Source of the DNA: Phoronis australis | Lineage: Eukaryota > Animalia > Phoronida | Reading direction: 5' to 3' | NCBI GenBank assembly: GCA_002633005.1 | Contig: NMRA01000128.1 | Span: 453,711-517,710 of the forward strand | DNA: 64,000 nt | Shown: positions 39,801-53,700 of the stretch, one piece after another | How positions within the stretch are numbered: position 1 is the first letter of the stretch | Layout of the letters: each line of letters begins with the position of its first letter | Translations under genes and position numbers: made by a program | Notes under the pieces: generated by a model | Databases searched by the model: none | Told to the model about the DNA's origin: nothing | Seen by the model: the letters and a program-made list of their open reading frames with translations, nothing else

Positions 39801-41314
39801 ATATTCTGAAAGTTGAAAGCCTGAAGAATTTTGAATTGCTACCAATCTGTCATTAATTGGGAAACATAACCATGTGTTTGTAGTAAAATTTAGCGAAAAA
39901 GATTCGCATGAAAACAAGAGTATCAAGAACATGGGCAAATTTCATTCATAAACGTTCAAGACAAAATCTCAAAAACGCCTTTACAGTTTTCTAAGTGATC
40001 ACTTTGTTTTCGTCTTACGTAAACTTCAAGTGTTTTCATCAAGAACATAAAAGTCCTATTTTAATAGCCTTTCACGCAAAATTGAAACTTTTTTAAAAAT
40101 TCCTATTTTTGGAGAACATTGCGTCAGCCGTTTCTGAGATATGATGTTACGACAAATTTGGATATTTTGCTATAGGGCCCTTCTTTTAAGGTTTTAAAAA
40201 CACCTTCACAATAATGTTGCTTGCATTATTGTGCATTCCACGTTTGTTTTTAATTACTTAAATTTTCCTTCTTTGCTTCAAAGTGTGTAATAAAAATTGC
40301 ATGTCCTGAACAATATGAAAGTTTGGTTTGTTTGCTTGGAAATAAAAGTAAGATTTATTTTCACTATCGTTATAATGTGAACTTTGTGCCAGATTTCATA
40401 TGTAATGTATTAATGTGAAGCTATGAGTCTCTGTATCGTAAATTAATGTAATTTGTCAGTCTTGTGTTTGAAAAATACTGCCCAAAGACAACGTTTATTA
40501 TATTTCTAAACAGTAACGTTTTCTACTGTATTAAGTTATACTTATGAAATAGATTTTAAAAATGACTCATTCACCCCTAACCTAAATCTGCTGAAAAAAC
40601 AAAGGCTGATTTGCGTCGCAACAAATTAGAATTTTAATAGAAAAAGAGAAAACATAAGCAGCCATTAAATTTGCTTACATTCTCGTTAGATGCACCAACT
40701 GATCGCGGTTTTTTCACCCCCTCATACGCTGGATCTTCAGCTACGGGGTCACATGCCACATCTCCAGTGTCCGTTACATTAACACCTAAAATAACACTTT
40801 TATAAAATCAATTTCATTAAGGCACACTACTAACAGAGACGCTAATTAACATATTATTGGCATTTTGCCATGAGCAAGAATGCAAAATCATTTGCTGATT
40901 GTGAATGAAGTTTAATTTACCGTACAAAATCCCATAATTAAAAAATCTTACCCAGCTCCGTCAATTTTGAAACCAATCCAGCGTTCCTGAGGTCTGACGG
41001 ACCCGTTTCAGTCCCTGCACGAGGCTACAAAAACAAAACTGCGCGGTTCAGTTCGTGGGGTTATTCCCTATCAAATACATTGAGTATCATTATTTCAATT
41101 CTACTTTAAGATTAAATAAGGCACATCGAATATGGTCTCATATCACAGTCTCAGAACATTCACGTGTACTGACGAAACACATTTAAAACCATTTCGGCAA
41201 TTGTGTTACCTGCCCATGACACAGCGGGACTCCAATCACTGCCACATCAAGACAGTAGCCCTTATCACCTCCACTTGAAGTATTGTTTTCGTTTTTATTT
41301 GGATTTGCCTGCAT
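36887..41314 (-). CDS. ARG: Arginase (ureohydrolase family), complete 7-exon gene, 338 aa
   Basis: Exons (minus strand): 41314-41210, 41024-40952, 40785-40679, 38807-38542, 38086-37925, 37471-37335, 37053-36887. All introns are GT-AG and phase-compatible; total 1017 nt. Hallmark motifs [63 protein letters not shown]. Confidence 0.95.
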
Positions 41315-41501
41315 CTTCGCCAAACCTAAAATAAAGTATTAAGGATACCATTTCGTGTATCCAAAAGTATTCAACAAGGAGAGGGGCAAACATAAAATTG
41401 TTGGGGGCCGGTGGGCAACCTGTGCGACATTTTATGGGATGGACAAACGAAAAATTCAATTTAGTTTTGACAAAGGAGAAGGAAAGGATATTTTTGCAAT
41501 N

Positions 41502-41997
41502 CTGACGTGGTCAGGCCGTTCAGTGGGGCCCAGTGCATGATACATGGTGCATCTGACGTGGTCAGGCCGTTCAGTGGGGCCCAGTGCATGATACATGGTG
41601 CATCTGACGTGGTCAGGCCGTTCAGTGGGGCCCAGTGCATGATACATGGTGCATCTGACGTGGTCAGGCCGTTCAGTGGGGCCCAGTGCATGATACATGG
41701 TGCATCTGACGTGGTCAGGCCGTTCAGTGGGGCCCAGTGCATGATACATGGTGCATCTGACGTGGTCAGGCCGTTCAGTGGGGCCCAGTGCATGATACAT
41801 GGTGCATCTGACGTGGTCAGGCCGTTCAGTGGGGCCCAGTGCATGATACATGGTGCATCTGACGTGGTCAGGCCGTTCAGTGGGGCCCAGTGCATGATAC
41901 ATGGTGCATCTGACGTGGTCAGGCCGTTCAGTGGGGCCCAGTGCATGATACATGGTGCATCTGACGTGGTCAGGCCGTTCATTGGGGCCCAATGCAC
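41502..41997. repeat. 51-bp GC-rich minisatellite, about 9.7 near-identical units
   Basis: Unit CTGACGTGGTCAGGCCGTTCAGTGGGGCCCAGTGCATGATACATGGTGCAT starts every 51 bp from 41502. The array begins at an N. Confidence 0.95.
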
Positions 41998-44086
41998 GAA
42001 ACATTTGCATATAGCACTCACACAAACTGAGACTGAGCTGAGGAGAAAGAGACCTGACTCAAGAGTCTGGCAGCAGGTTACAGTCGCAAGGTATTTGTTA
42101 AAATTGTGTTAATAAACTCTTGTAACTTCAGTTTAAAATTATTAAAAAGAGGAGTTTTTTTCTACCTCTCTTGTCTGATAAATGAAGGAAAGTGCTTGTG
42201 AAGTAATTTGTGATTTGAATTGGGGCTTTGAAAAATCTCAAATTGTAAATATGTACTAAGCGTTGACAGCTTTATTCAAGAGTACCTGCACTGACTACCA
42301 GAAATCTCTAACACAGGTGCAATTGTAGAACATATGAAGAAGTGTCTTTATCTCCTCACAATAGGAACACTTGTCATGTTGGACTACTCCCGTCTTAACA
42401 AAGTCATATTTGTAAATGATTTGTTATGGGTAAGCAGGTATCTAAAATTCTTCAATTCTGGATTGACGGGAAGGTTGTAAACTGAAATTATATATTCATA
42501 TGTTAATGTAAGCCTCTGGCCTATATTACACGTACAAATACAAACAGTTAACAACAACCTCACTAATCATTCAGATTATAGGTTATTTGCAATGAAATTG
42601 TCAAATAACTTTGTTCCTCATGCGGAACGCCTGCAATAAAAATAAGCTAATATTTTGAATGACAGATTCATTTTATAAAGACATAAGATTAGTGAAGTTT
42701 CGTTCACTCGTATTACAACAAAAAGGCTTTGGTATAAATCTTTTCCTAATGTCAGAGTATATTTTCAGTTTATTTCTTTTGTAGTACAAAGGCTTCCGGC
42801 CCACTTATATAGTTTTACAACACAAAGTTACGTATTTACATCGTCTTTTCTACCAGTAGCCAACAAATACCAAGCTATATTTAGAATATTACACTTCAAC
42901 TTGATGTTTTTCAAAGTAAATTCACAATTCATAAAGCGGACACTCGATTAAAAATTATATTCATCTTCTACAACATGAAGATCACAAACAGTACATTGTC
43001 TATTCTCTCTAGGAGTTTTCACATGTCTTCCGCTTTCTACTTGTAGCTTGTGGTTAGAACATCTGAATTTTGCTAAAACCGTCAAATGCTTTATTCTTTT
43101 ACGCTTGTGGCATACTTTTCCATAATTAATTTTCCCCTGGCCGCTAGGTTTGGGGCATTTTGCTCAAAAGCCAATAAAATTTTTCAAAACTGATTTTGTA
43201 AGATTTCTACATCCGCTGCGGGATGAAAACCCCATATCTCCGCACCATACTGTAATATTGGTTTAAATTTACAATCAAAAATATGCAGTCAGATAATAAC
43301 CGATACCTTTTCAATTTGAGACATGTGTTTTTTCAATGCAAATAAAGCTTTGAGTGTTTGATCTTCAAGATTCACGACACATTTTTCACAGTAAAGTGTA
43401 TGCCAAAGTATTTGCAGCTAGATACTACTGAACATTTTCCTATTTAAAAACCATTTTTCATAACTCCTCAGATAACCGCTTTTTCTAAAAACCATAACCT
43501 TCGTTTTGGACATTTTTAATGACCAGTTTCCATTTTCTCCAAAACATTTCAAGATTATTTATTGAACTTTGCGAATTCACTGCTGTGTTTGCAAATATTA
43601 TCAAGTCGTCGTCAAACAGTAAACAGTACATGTTTCAAATGCCAAAGATACAGTAAAATCTACCCATGTCTCTCAACAAATATTTAGATTTTAATGTGTG
43701 CAATGCAAAAATATTATCAACAGTGGAGTATTTTTTTTCTAAAGCTTGCATGGGCTCCAGATATTGTTTCTTTCGGTTCTATCTACCCGTTTAGACGATT
43801 GCACATCAATTCAGAAAGAAAATTCCAGGCAACACCCAAAAGAGTGATCCCCGTGTAGATGATAGCCTCGTCTTTTGAGTAGCTTTTGTGCAGTGAGCAG
43901 GATAAGCGTCACTGTTCAAACTATGATTATGCAATCTAATCAATAAAACTTTCAACTCTGCAGTACAACATTTATAAAAGTCTGAAGGTATCTTATCCGG
44001 TTCTGCAGATTTACCGGTCTTCATTTGCCAATCAAACACCTAATTCTGCCACAGACAATTCAGCGTTCAGTTCCTCATCGTCTTCA

Positions 44087-44371
44087 TTTATCAGTCGGAT
44101 GATTGTTTACAAGTGGACAATGATTTATCAGTCGGATGATTATTTACAAGTGGACAATGATTTATCAGTCGGATGATTGTTTACAAGTGGACAATGATTT
44201 ATCAGTCGAATGATTGTTTACAAGTGGACAATGATTTATCAGTCGGATGATTGTTTACAAGTGGACAATGATTTATCAGTCGGATGATTGTTTACAAGTG
44301 GACAATGATTTATCAGTCGGATGATTATTTACAAGTGGACAAGGATTTATCAGTCGAATGATTGTTTACAA
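44087..44371. repeat. 37-bp minisatellite, about 7.7 units
   Basis: Unit TTTATCAGTCGGATGATTGTTTACAAGTGGACAATGA. Confidence 0.95.
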
Positions 44372-44470
44372 AATGCTCAACTTAAGGAAGCCTGCATAAA
44401 GCTCGTCGTATGAAGTTTCATTATTATCCTAAATGTTTCTTAAACAAATAAGTCACTCACTAGCAGAAAT

Positions 44471-44718
44471 ATTGGATGATTTAATATTTTGATTAGGTTT
44501 AAGAAGATTCCTTATTTAGTATTGGATGATTCAGTATTTTGATTAGGGATAAGCTGATTCCTTATTTAGTATTGGATTATTCAGTATTTTGATTAGGTTT
44601 AAGCAGATTCCTTATTTAGTATTGGATGATTCAGTATTTTGATTAGGTTTAAGCAGATTCCTTATTTAATATTGGATGATTCAGTATTTTGATTAGGTTT
44701 AAGCAGATTCCTTATTTT
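44471..44718. repeat. 50-bp minisatellite, 5 units
   Basis: Unit ATTGGATGATTCAGTATTTTGATTAGGTTTAAGCAGATTCCTTATTTAGT at 44471, 44521, 44571, 44621 and 44671. Confidence 0.95.
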
Positions 44719-47700
44719 TTATTCCTTTCTTTCACCACCGCTAATAGTTTATCCGTAAACATTGTCGCATAGGACTTCTTTTCTATGGCTAGAGTTAGCA
44801 AGTATAATTACATTTTTCAACAAAATTATAAAAGAAAGTTTTATCTCAGAATCATTTAAATTTCTAAAACTCTGCTGTGTTTCAGAGTTCAGTAGTTAAC
44901 ATTCTTTATCAAACCAGTGCTTTCGTATATTGTTTCTATTCAAATTATTCTGCACTCCATCATAGTAATGAAATGAAAGTTGTCACTACCATTAAATCTT
45001 ATTTCATCTTCGACAAGATGCTTCTTCAATGCATTCATAACCATACTATACGGCAACATACACACATTTTTAAGATTGTATTACTTTTTAATAAATTCCC
45101 AACCAAGAATTTTCTTTTCATTATCTAGAAAACACTTCAAACAGTTTCTGGCAAAAAGTGACTTATTAGTTAGCAAAATAGTTTGGGTATTACACGAGAC
45201 CTGTTTGATAGTAGATGTATTTAAAATGTCCATGTAAGCTTTTAAGCACATCAGATTATAAGGAATTGGTAATTGGTGTTTTCAGAATGCTTACGCTAAA
45301 TTTTGAATTGGAAATAAGGTATCTTAGGAATTACAGATTTCGGATATACGGAACAGATTTCTTTATTGTTAGTGGTTTCCACGCCAAATAAATCTTCAAG
45401 GTAACTGTGAACCTTGTATACCAGGTTGTACTTGTGTGCAAATATGTGTTAGCTCTGACCCCCTACAAAGTATTGATTTCTATAAGGTGTATAAATTTCC
45501 TAACAAAATTTATTATTCTTATTTTTTCACGAGATATTGGTTTTTTCAGTATTTTTTTAACAGAGATTTTAAAAATATTGTTCCTGTAATAATATTGATT
45601 TTTTGTCAACATGTTGATGACGGCATTATCGAGGGAACCCCGTCTCAGATGTTCTAAAGTTATTAAAATACTCTGATCCTGATTTTGTTAGTCAAAAATT
45701 CATCAAACAATTTCAACAAAAACCAATAATGCCCATTGTATTTCCAAAGCATGATCTTTCAATATGACATACCTGTTGCCAAACTAAATGAAATTTAATA
45801 CTCCTAAGTTTAATCATATAATTTTTGGCAGTGCATCAAGAAAATGGCAGACAACGACGAGAATGATAACAAACTCACAGAAAACAGCGGATTGTAGCTC
45901 AAATCAAAGCTAATAATTTCAAGAAGCCTACCCTTCCAAAAATCCTTGTAAGTTTCGGTTTCTTTTCCAAGGTGAACTGGTGAGGTAAGTTCTGGAAAAA
46001 TAAATAGCCTCCTTTCTGGCTTTATATAGAATAATGTTTAATAAGTGTTCATATTCGACGTTATATTTTAATTTTCGAAACCAATTCTAAACTGGTGCAA
46101 ACAAAAATGTTAACTTGCAGATAACATCTATAAATTGCTGAACAACTCCATAATAATATTATAGTCTACTCACTTGTTCACAGCAAGGAATAGTTTTCTC
46201 AAAGTACAAGAAGCTTGTAACACAATAGTTTAGCTGGAATGCCTTGCTTCACATCCGCCCGTGCCTTTTATAGCCACAACATCACGAGGCCATTGTACTC
46301 GTGACACAGGCTTATTTCAATCTCCTCAGATTTATCACCACATAATAACTGTTGATAATGCAAAAATGTCATGGAAGATACCGAAAAAGCTTCCTGGGTG
46401 ACAAAAAAATGGGTACATTTTCTTGGATAGGATGGCAATAACTAGTTTACATTTGAGATAGATCTTAGATGTTATTGTCAATAAATCGCGTCGCTGAAAG
46501 TTAGTATTGGTGTAAAACATAAACGGAGCTTGTATTTTTTATCAACTTTAACTTTATTACAAGCATACATTTATCAAAGGCTTTATGACATAATGCTATC
46601 TACATTTTTTCGATTACTGTAACACGACAGGGAGATCAGTATAATGGCCGACATCTTCATCTCATTACTTGCCAACTCATCTGTTTAACGATATTCTGAA
46701 CTTCTGGATTTTCCATCGTAAAGAGCTTTCACATCTAATTGCAATAACACTTCGCCGCAGAAAGATCGTCGACGATTTCTCTCGTGAAGTGAACCCCTGG
46801 GGTCCCATCTAGTTTTGGCATGAATCTACTCCGACTTCTGAAACGCGTGTTTCCTCCAACATCGAAGGGTTGGAGAATAGATGTAGGAAAGGTCTAACGC
46901 TTTGTAGCACTCATAAACATTTTGGGCCCAATGTCTGGATTTAATGGATACCGTAGCGAAAACTGCAACGCATAGGCCTTTTGTCGAAAAAATAACAATG
47001 TGTTGTTCCCCGTCGCGAATTATCGCAACGCAGATTACATTGCATTCATGACCGCCCGTTCGGGCGCCACGTACGTCGATACCTGCGTCACATTGAAGTT
47101 GTCGACAAGTTATTTCAAAAAAGAAGCTTTGAATTTTATTCATATTTTGTACCAATGTACACGTGGGCACCTCAAGGCACTAATGGAATTCGGTGACCTT
47201 GAAGTCATTTCCAAGGTCACACCGATTTTTTAGTGGTCATAAACACGCCTAGTAATATGAAAACTTTTAATTCAGACTACTTATTGTAATGAACTTGGTC
47301 TCAAATGGCTTTTAGTCAAATTATAGGTGATTCAGGACTTCAAAAGAACTGACTGTTTATTGCATTGCAGTGCCCTGCTTGTAACGGCGTGTCATTTCAT
47401 CAGTACGTTGAGCATTGTCTCAAAGAAAAAGTAACTGTCATTTCTTTACACAAACAGACATCAGTTCTCTTCTGATAAGCAAGCAACTTGAGACCAATTG
47501 GTAAGCGTACTTTATCGACATACCGCTTCTTGAACCAAACGCAACCACATAGCTGCGTTAACAGGATACTAAACACTGTTTTGATGATTTCCACCAATCC
47601 TCGTTCTGTACTCTCCTGCTTAATGCATCATTCCAAGTTAAAGGCAAGAATCAACTAAAAACTCATGCTCCCTATGTCACAGATTGCACATTATGGTCCT

Positions 47701-49476
47701 TGGTGGGTGGTCTTTTCCATAGTTGCCGTGTAATTTGCTAAAAGCCGTGCAAGTCACGCTTGCCCGTTTAGCAAACTTTGAAAGGTGTTTTCAAGTTTCC
47801 TCTAACTTTTGAGGGTTGCTGAGAGTTACAGAGCATCATTTTGTTTCAAAGAACTGGATGGGAATGTCGTTTTTAGTATGTTTTAAAAGGCCAAAACCGG
47901 ATTTAGTATCCTTTTAAGAAAATGTCATCGTAATATCTCAAGAAGAAATCTTTGGAAGTTGCTCATATTTTTGAACCAAGGCATAGGTTAGGCATGTACA
48001 AACACCAGTCGAACTTGGTGACCTTGACATCCTTGTTAAGATCGCACAGACAAATTCAAGATTTCGACTTGTTGTTTGCACAATATACCAAACACACCCC
48101 TTTTTGTATCAAGGTGCAATTTTGGCATTTCCAGGTATCGTTTTAATTTGGTGACATTGAGCTGGTTTTCAAAGTCATAGCTATAAATTTAAGAGCTTAA
48201 ATTGTAAAATACTGGTGCCGCAATATCTCAAGAATGAAACTGGATTTTTGCACCAAACAAGCGACACTCGACAAACTTACATTTGGATCCGGTCTTAAGA
48301 ATATGTTGGCTTTATCTGATAAACGTTCCCGTACATGAACGTATACGTATGTCTCAAGTACGGCTATCATCCCATTGATTAAAAATCTAGTCTGTCAGGT
48401 GGAAAAGAACACCGAGAGACGAGAGGTTCCATAAATGCTGCGCAAATCAGACCGAAAACCAGTGATCCAAGACCCACCACATCCAAGCTGTATTTCCAGT
48501 TATGTAACACCGTCAGTTCCTTCTTAAGAGCCATTCCATGTGAAAATCAAAAGAAATAAAAACCACCACTCTAGGGTGCCTCTTTAAAATTTATCTTCAA
48601 CTTATTGTATGTGATCATGGTGTAGCTCTGATACAAAAATTACTAATTTTGTACTTATTGACCTATAGGCTTTCAAAGGTTAACAAAGAAAATGACATCC
48701 TGAGAACAGCAATTTTACGCACGCAGATTTCATGGAATGAGAGAACACATATATTGGACTTAGAAAGTGGAACATGAGGACTACCATATAAAATTGATGC
48801 TAATAATTTCGCTGCATTCATCACGTGAAAGGGGAGATAAATCTGGAAGCACTTCTAGAAGTGTTGAAAATGGGTGTCACTCAAGTGCTTCTACAAGCCA
48901 GTTTGCGGGGCTGCGGTTATTGACTGAAATATATGTTTGTGGATAGATCTTGGATGTGTGAACTAATTTAAAAAATCTTTTGTTCTAAAATGCTCCAATG
49001 TTGCATATTCTACCCTTTTAAACGAATGTTTCTCTAAGTTCATACATTTAAAATAGTTTCAAGAACAATTATAAGAATCAATATTTTAGGGACCTTCAAC
49101 TGTGTTCCCTATTGTTACCGATAGGCTAGGCAGTTTTCCGAGAAGTGTGTGTTGAAATATTATGAACAACGGTTTAGATATTTTTTTGCAAAAACTGTTA
49201 GTTTGAACATTTAGTTGTTGCCCAAATCTTCTGCATCCGGGATTGGGGTTGCATGAAAAGGCTATTTTTAGACGATTTATAGATAAAAAATGGATTAACA
49301 AAAATGACATGATGTATTAGGCGATTATGTGACGGATTTTATCAGATGGCATATGGTTTAACAGCTAAGTGCACATACACGTCATAAATAATTTATTTTT
49401 TTCCTGACAAGCTCGGCCCTAATAATGATAATTTGAAACCTCGGAAGGCACTCGCCGATTAAAGTCTGTTTCGCCT

Positions 49477-49897
49477 GCGTTTGGTGTTCAGTTCTTGAAA
49501 TTGTCGGCTCAAGGTTTGGTCAAGACCAGCTGTTTAACCTCACAGGTTCATGATAAAAGGAACGAAACAATAATTTTGCAGTTCGTTTAAATGATACTTT
49601 TGGGGCTCATCAGAACTAGTCCACAGTGCATCTATCAGTCATTCATTACGTCATACCTGCAAGAAAAGCGTTTCGTCTGCGTTTCGTGTTCAGCTCTTCA
49701 GAGTTGAAATTGCCAAGTCAAGGTTTGATTACGACCACCACTTTAACCTCCCAGCTTCACGATAAAAGGAGCAAAACAATAATTTTGCACTTGCTTAAAT
49801 AATATTTTTAAGACCATGGCTTCGGAACTCATCAAAACGAGGCCACAGCGCATCTACCAGCCATTACACTGTACGTCATATCTGTAAGAAAAGCTTT
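49477..49897. repeat. Diverged direct tandem duplication of about 200 bp
   Basis: 49477-49672 aligns with 49679-49897 (e.g. TTTAACCTC.CAG.TTCA.GATAAAAGGA..AAACAATAATTTTGCA). Confidence 0.7.
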
Positions 49898-50794
49898 TTG
49901 AAAAAGACTGCGTGTGGTCGGATACCTAAATCCAGGAAGGCGCTCTTCCCGTTAGATGTTATAATATGTACGTGGCCAAATTCGTTTGATTATTATTTCT
50001 GGCACTTGAAATCCCTTATATAAATAACTCGATTACAATAAATTAAACTTAAATGCGAAAAAGCGGTCGAAAGTGTTTTTATTGCACGGGAAAGGCTGTT
50101 TCTAGCTTTTGCAACTGACCATGAACACTGTGTCGAGAATTCAAACCAATGAGTTTTATCGATAACGTAGAAAAGTTTTAAAACACCTTTCTACGCATCG
50201 CCTCCTTTTCAACCAGCATTAGAGAAAAAAGAAAGGAATTTTTTAAAATTTACCATTGCTGTTTATTTCCCGAATAAAGCCATAAAAGTAGATAGCATTC
50301 AAAATTCGATTAATTTTTTGAAGCATCTTGAACACTGACATCAAATAGTATTATGATACTGATACCGCTGTTTTGTTATCTATGTATTTCTTTTTCTAAA
50401 ATTGACCCCATTAATAACATGTTAGCATAAGTCAAAAATCAAACTCTTTAGTCCTTCAAGTTTCAGAAAATATGTACTTTTACTAAGTTAAATTCTATAC
50501 TATTGCAGATACTTTGTTGAATATACAAAGTTTTCGATAAGGTCCTACATAGCCTATGCGAATAGAGAAGGTGCAGTAAGCAGATGAATTAAAGGTCCTA
50601 AAAGTCCTAAAAATTAGTTAAAATATAAACAATGGTAATAAGGTGAACGTACAGCGAGTGTTTTTAGGTGGCCAGCATAGCGTTGGGGTTAATCCATACC
50701 GTTGTACAATTTGGTGAAAAATGCCTATTTGAAATATGCAAGTTAACACTTTTTCAAACATTCTCATTTTGAATGAAAAACAGTACGTTTGACT

Positions 50795-53700
50795 TTATTC
50801 TTTATCGCAGTCTATGATAATTTTGATGACGTTGTCGGCCCTAGTTCTCCACTTCTCGTAGGCCGCCAGTGTCTCCTCAAGTTTGAATCGGTGCGTCACC
50901 AGTTGTTGAACGTTGATCTTTCCTGTAGCAACCATAGAGAGAGCCAAAGGATAACTGAAACAAAGGTAGAATGAAGTATACGTGAAGGCGTAGGCTATTT
51001 GCCTTGGAACGTTAGTCCTGGGGAAAGTAGAACGTGTTGAAATAATGGGACTTTGTATTCGTAGGCGTGTACTCTGTCGAATGCTGAGGAAATGCTTAGA
51101 CAGGTTAATAACTATTCGGACTAAACTATCTGCCATTCCCATTCTTTTCTGTGACACATACCAAAACAACATTCACTCACGGATCGATCACCATTGGTCG
51201 CCATAATGGCGATAGGTAACCTCAATTTTGTGCCCTGCCCCAATTGAGCGTATTATTTCTGAACTCGTAAAACTACCGCTCTCTCACTACGATCATTTAA
51301 AATTTATAGTAGCAGTAGCGCCCCTACAGGCCAATAACATAATATGTGCTTAGCCTGGTTGATACATCAATCAAGGGGTCAATTTTACTAATACAAAACA
51401 TGGCTCAAATTGACGTCGGAAATAAGCTATGTATGATTAAACCAGGAATGAACAAAGATAGTTGTATAAATGTTTGTAAGAAGTACACCAAAACACGCGT
51501 TCTATCTAAAGTACAAGGACGGTGAAAAGGTGGCGCTGTAAGAACCAATAAGTTGATACAACTGTAGAAAACCAGCAACATATTTCCCCACGCAGAAGTT
51601 GCCTCGGGCTAAGGTAGCCACCGGGAGCATAAGGAGACACGGCACATTTCACCNCAGCAATATCTTGTTTAGTTATGTTGAACACTCCTGGCTACATCAA
51701 TGTTGCCTTGTTTGTTTAAAGTTGTTCTTACCAGTTAGCGTAACGATGAACGCCACGGATGTCCACTTCCCTTAGCGTGGCTGCAACCAGCGGTAACGTT
51801 ACCGAGGGGTGGCCCAGTCCCACCAGAACAAGAACGCCGCCGGACTTTGTTGCCTAAAACAACGCAAAACTATTGAAATCATGGTCATGCATCTCCTCAG
51901 CCAAGGGGTGCGAACACACAAGCAGCGGCGGACTGCTGAAAGAACAGCCCTTAACAGTTCAACACAAAGCCATGCAACATTGCTTTTAATGGTTCTAAGC
52001 TATTCAAAAATAAGCGTACGCTCTGTTTTCTTTCCAATTTGATATTTGTTATATTGATTTTTTATATGGTGAGAGAAAATGACTTTCAAAAAATTACTAG
52101 TCAAAAGGAAAAGTTACAAAATGACTGGTGGTGCAGGTTCACAATTTCAGGTACTTGAAAAAGTTGAAAAGTTCAGAGAAATTGTAAAGGTCAAATGATA
52201 AAAAGATGGTATGCCGGTCTGAAATTTCTAGAAAATTTCTGTACCTAAAGTGGTCATAAAAATAATCACATTAAAGAGGCACTTCCAGCAATTGAAACTC
52301 TGAATGAAACAGGTTACTCAGAGACAGAAATGATGTTTAAAGCCGTTCGTCACAATAGGAAAACTGGTTTCCATCCCGAACACATCGTCCACGGCTTATA
52401 TAAGTAATTGAAAATAATTTCAAAAAGCCAGCCCATCCAAAATTGCTCCGTTTCAAGTCGATGACAGGTGAACCCTCACCTCTTCTTTTTGAAAGAACCA
52501 ATGGCTACAAGGGGAGATTATAGTTTGTGAGAACTAACATCGTGACTCCAAAAGTCGTAAAAGTTGAAGTAATGAAATGCACCCTTAACATTGAAGTCAT
52601 CCTCTGAAACAGCGAACCACGGCTTATTACTTGTTTTTCGACTACTTTCTTACTTTTTGCTTAACACAGTGTTCTTTCATCTTCGGATAAACACGAGACT
52701 TACGTCAAATTGTCAAGGAATTCTTATTTTGTACACACATTTTCAAATTGTGTTCATTTGTTCAACTTCTTAGAAATTAGAGAGCAAAAGTTCTGATAAT
52801 TACACGCTCGCACCAACCCTTTAAGTAGCTGGCTACGGACAGACGTAGAGCAATTCTGGTCGAGGGCGAAGGGCGTAGGAAACATTGTTATCCCGAGGTC
52901 AATACAACGTTATAATTATTCCCGAACGATCGGTCCATTTTGTTTTATTTTACGACCTCCGATTTCATCGCAGGTTGACAGTTTTTTTTCTAGGCTTCTC
53001 AATAACTTAATGCTATGCATTTGTCCGCACAGCCGGTCAGATCATAAGTAGATAGCTGTCGTCCAAGTAACTTCTTGGTTCTCCAGGCAACACCATCTCA
53101 AAACGGTACAGGTATCACTAGTTACACAATATTGTAAATAACCCGCTTCCAAATCCGTATTTAAGACTGACTTCAGTGTTTGATAAAAGTGTTTTCGCCA
53201 GAAACTTCCAAGCACATGCCTGCGCATACAGAATGACTGAGGGTAGAAAAGGTATTTGTCGACCTTTGTAGAATTTGAGCAAATACAGTTTACATACATG
53301 CGTAACTTAAAGCCGGTTCGTTATGTTTTCATTGCTCCGCTTGGCAATTCTTTAAATGTATTACTTTTGTGTCAATATTCGAGATCAGCAAGAGGCTAAT
53401 CAGACCTTTAGCTTTTCGACAGTTGTGATGCATGGTCTGCTATTGTCTTCTTGTAACACAATCCGTGGGACCAATGCCGCGTCTCACCTTCTGGACGTTT
53501 TGCAAACCACAACAGTGTATAGATATGTAATAATTAAATAAACAGATGCGGTCGTATTATGTATGCAGTCCTCACAGTCATCTCAAAACTTGTGATCCTT
53601 TTTTACGTGTTCGACGAATTTCTACTGCATCTGTCACAGTAATATCGTTGTAATCTCTACAAAGAATTGTTCACCAAAACCATCCAGTATCCGTTGCATG

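Larger units (their letters stand above)
42250..45240 (-). mobile_element. Decayed LINE ORF2, split by two minisatellites
   Basis: Relics MKTGKSA.PD.IPSDFYK, YSTVDNIF, LFDDDLIIFA, KTKVMVFRK.G, YKYFG; many disruptions. Confidence 0.6.

Noticed and set aside
41502-41997. CRISPR-like array (also considered for 44087-44371 and 44471-44718)
   Set aside because: Units are contiguous with no unique spacers, there are no cas genes, and the context is eukaryotic.
41456-42112. Three long repetitive ORFs (186-201 aa)
   Set aside because: Artefacts of a 51-bp (17-codon) tandem repeat that is open in several frames; no splice or domain context.
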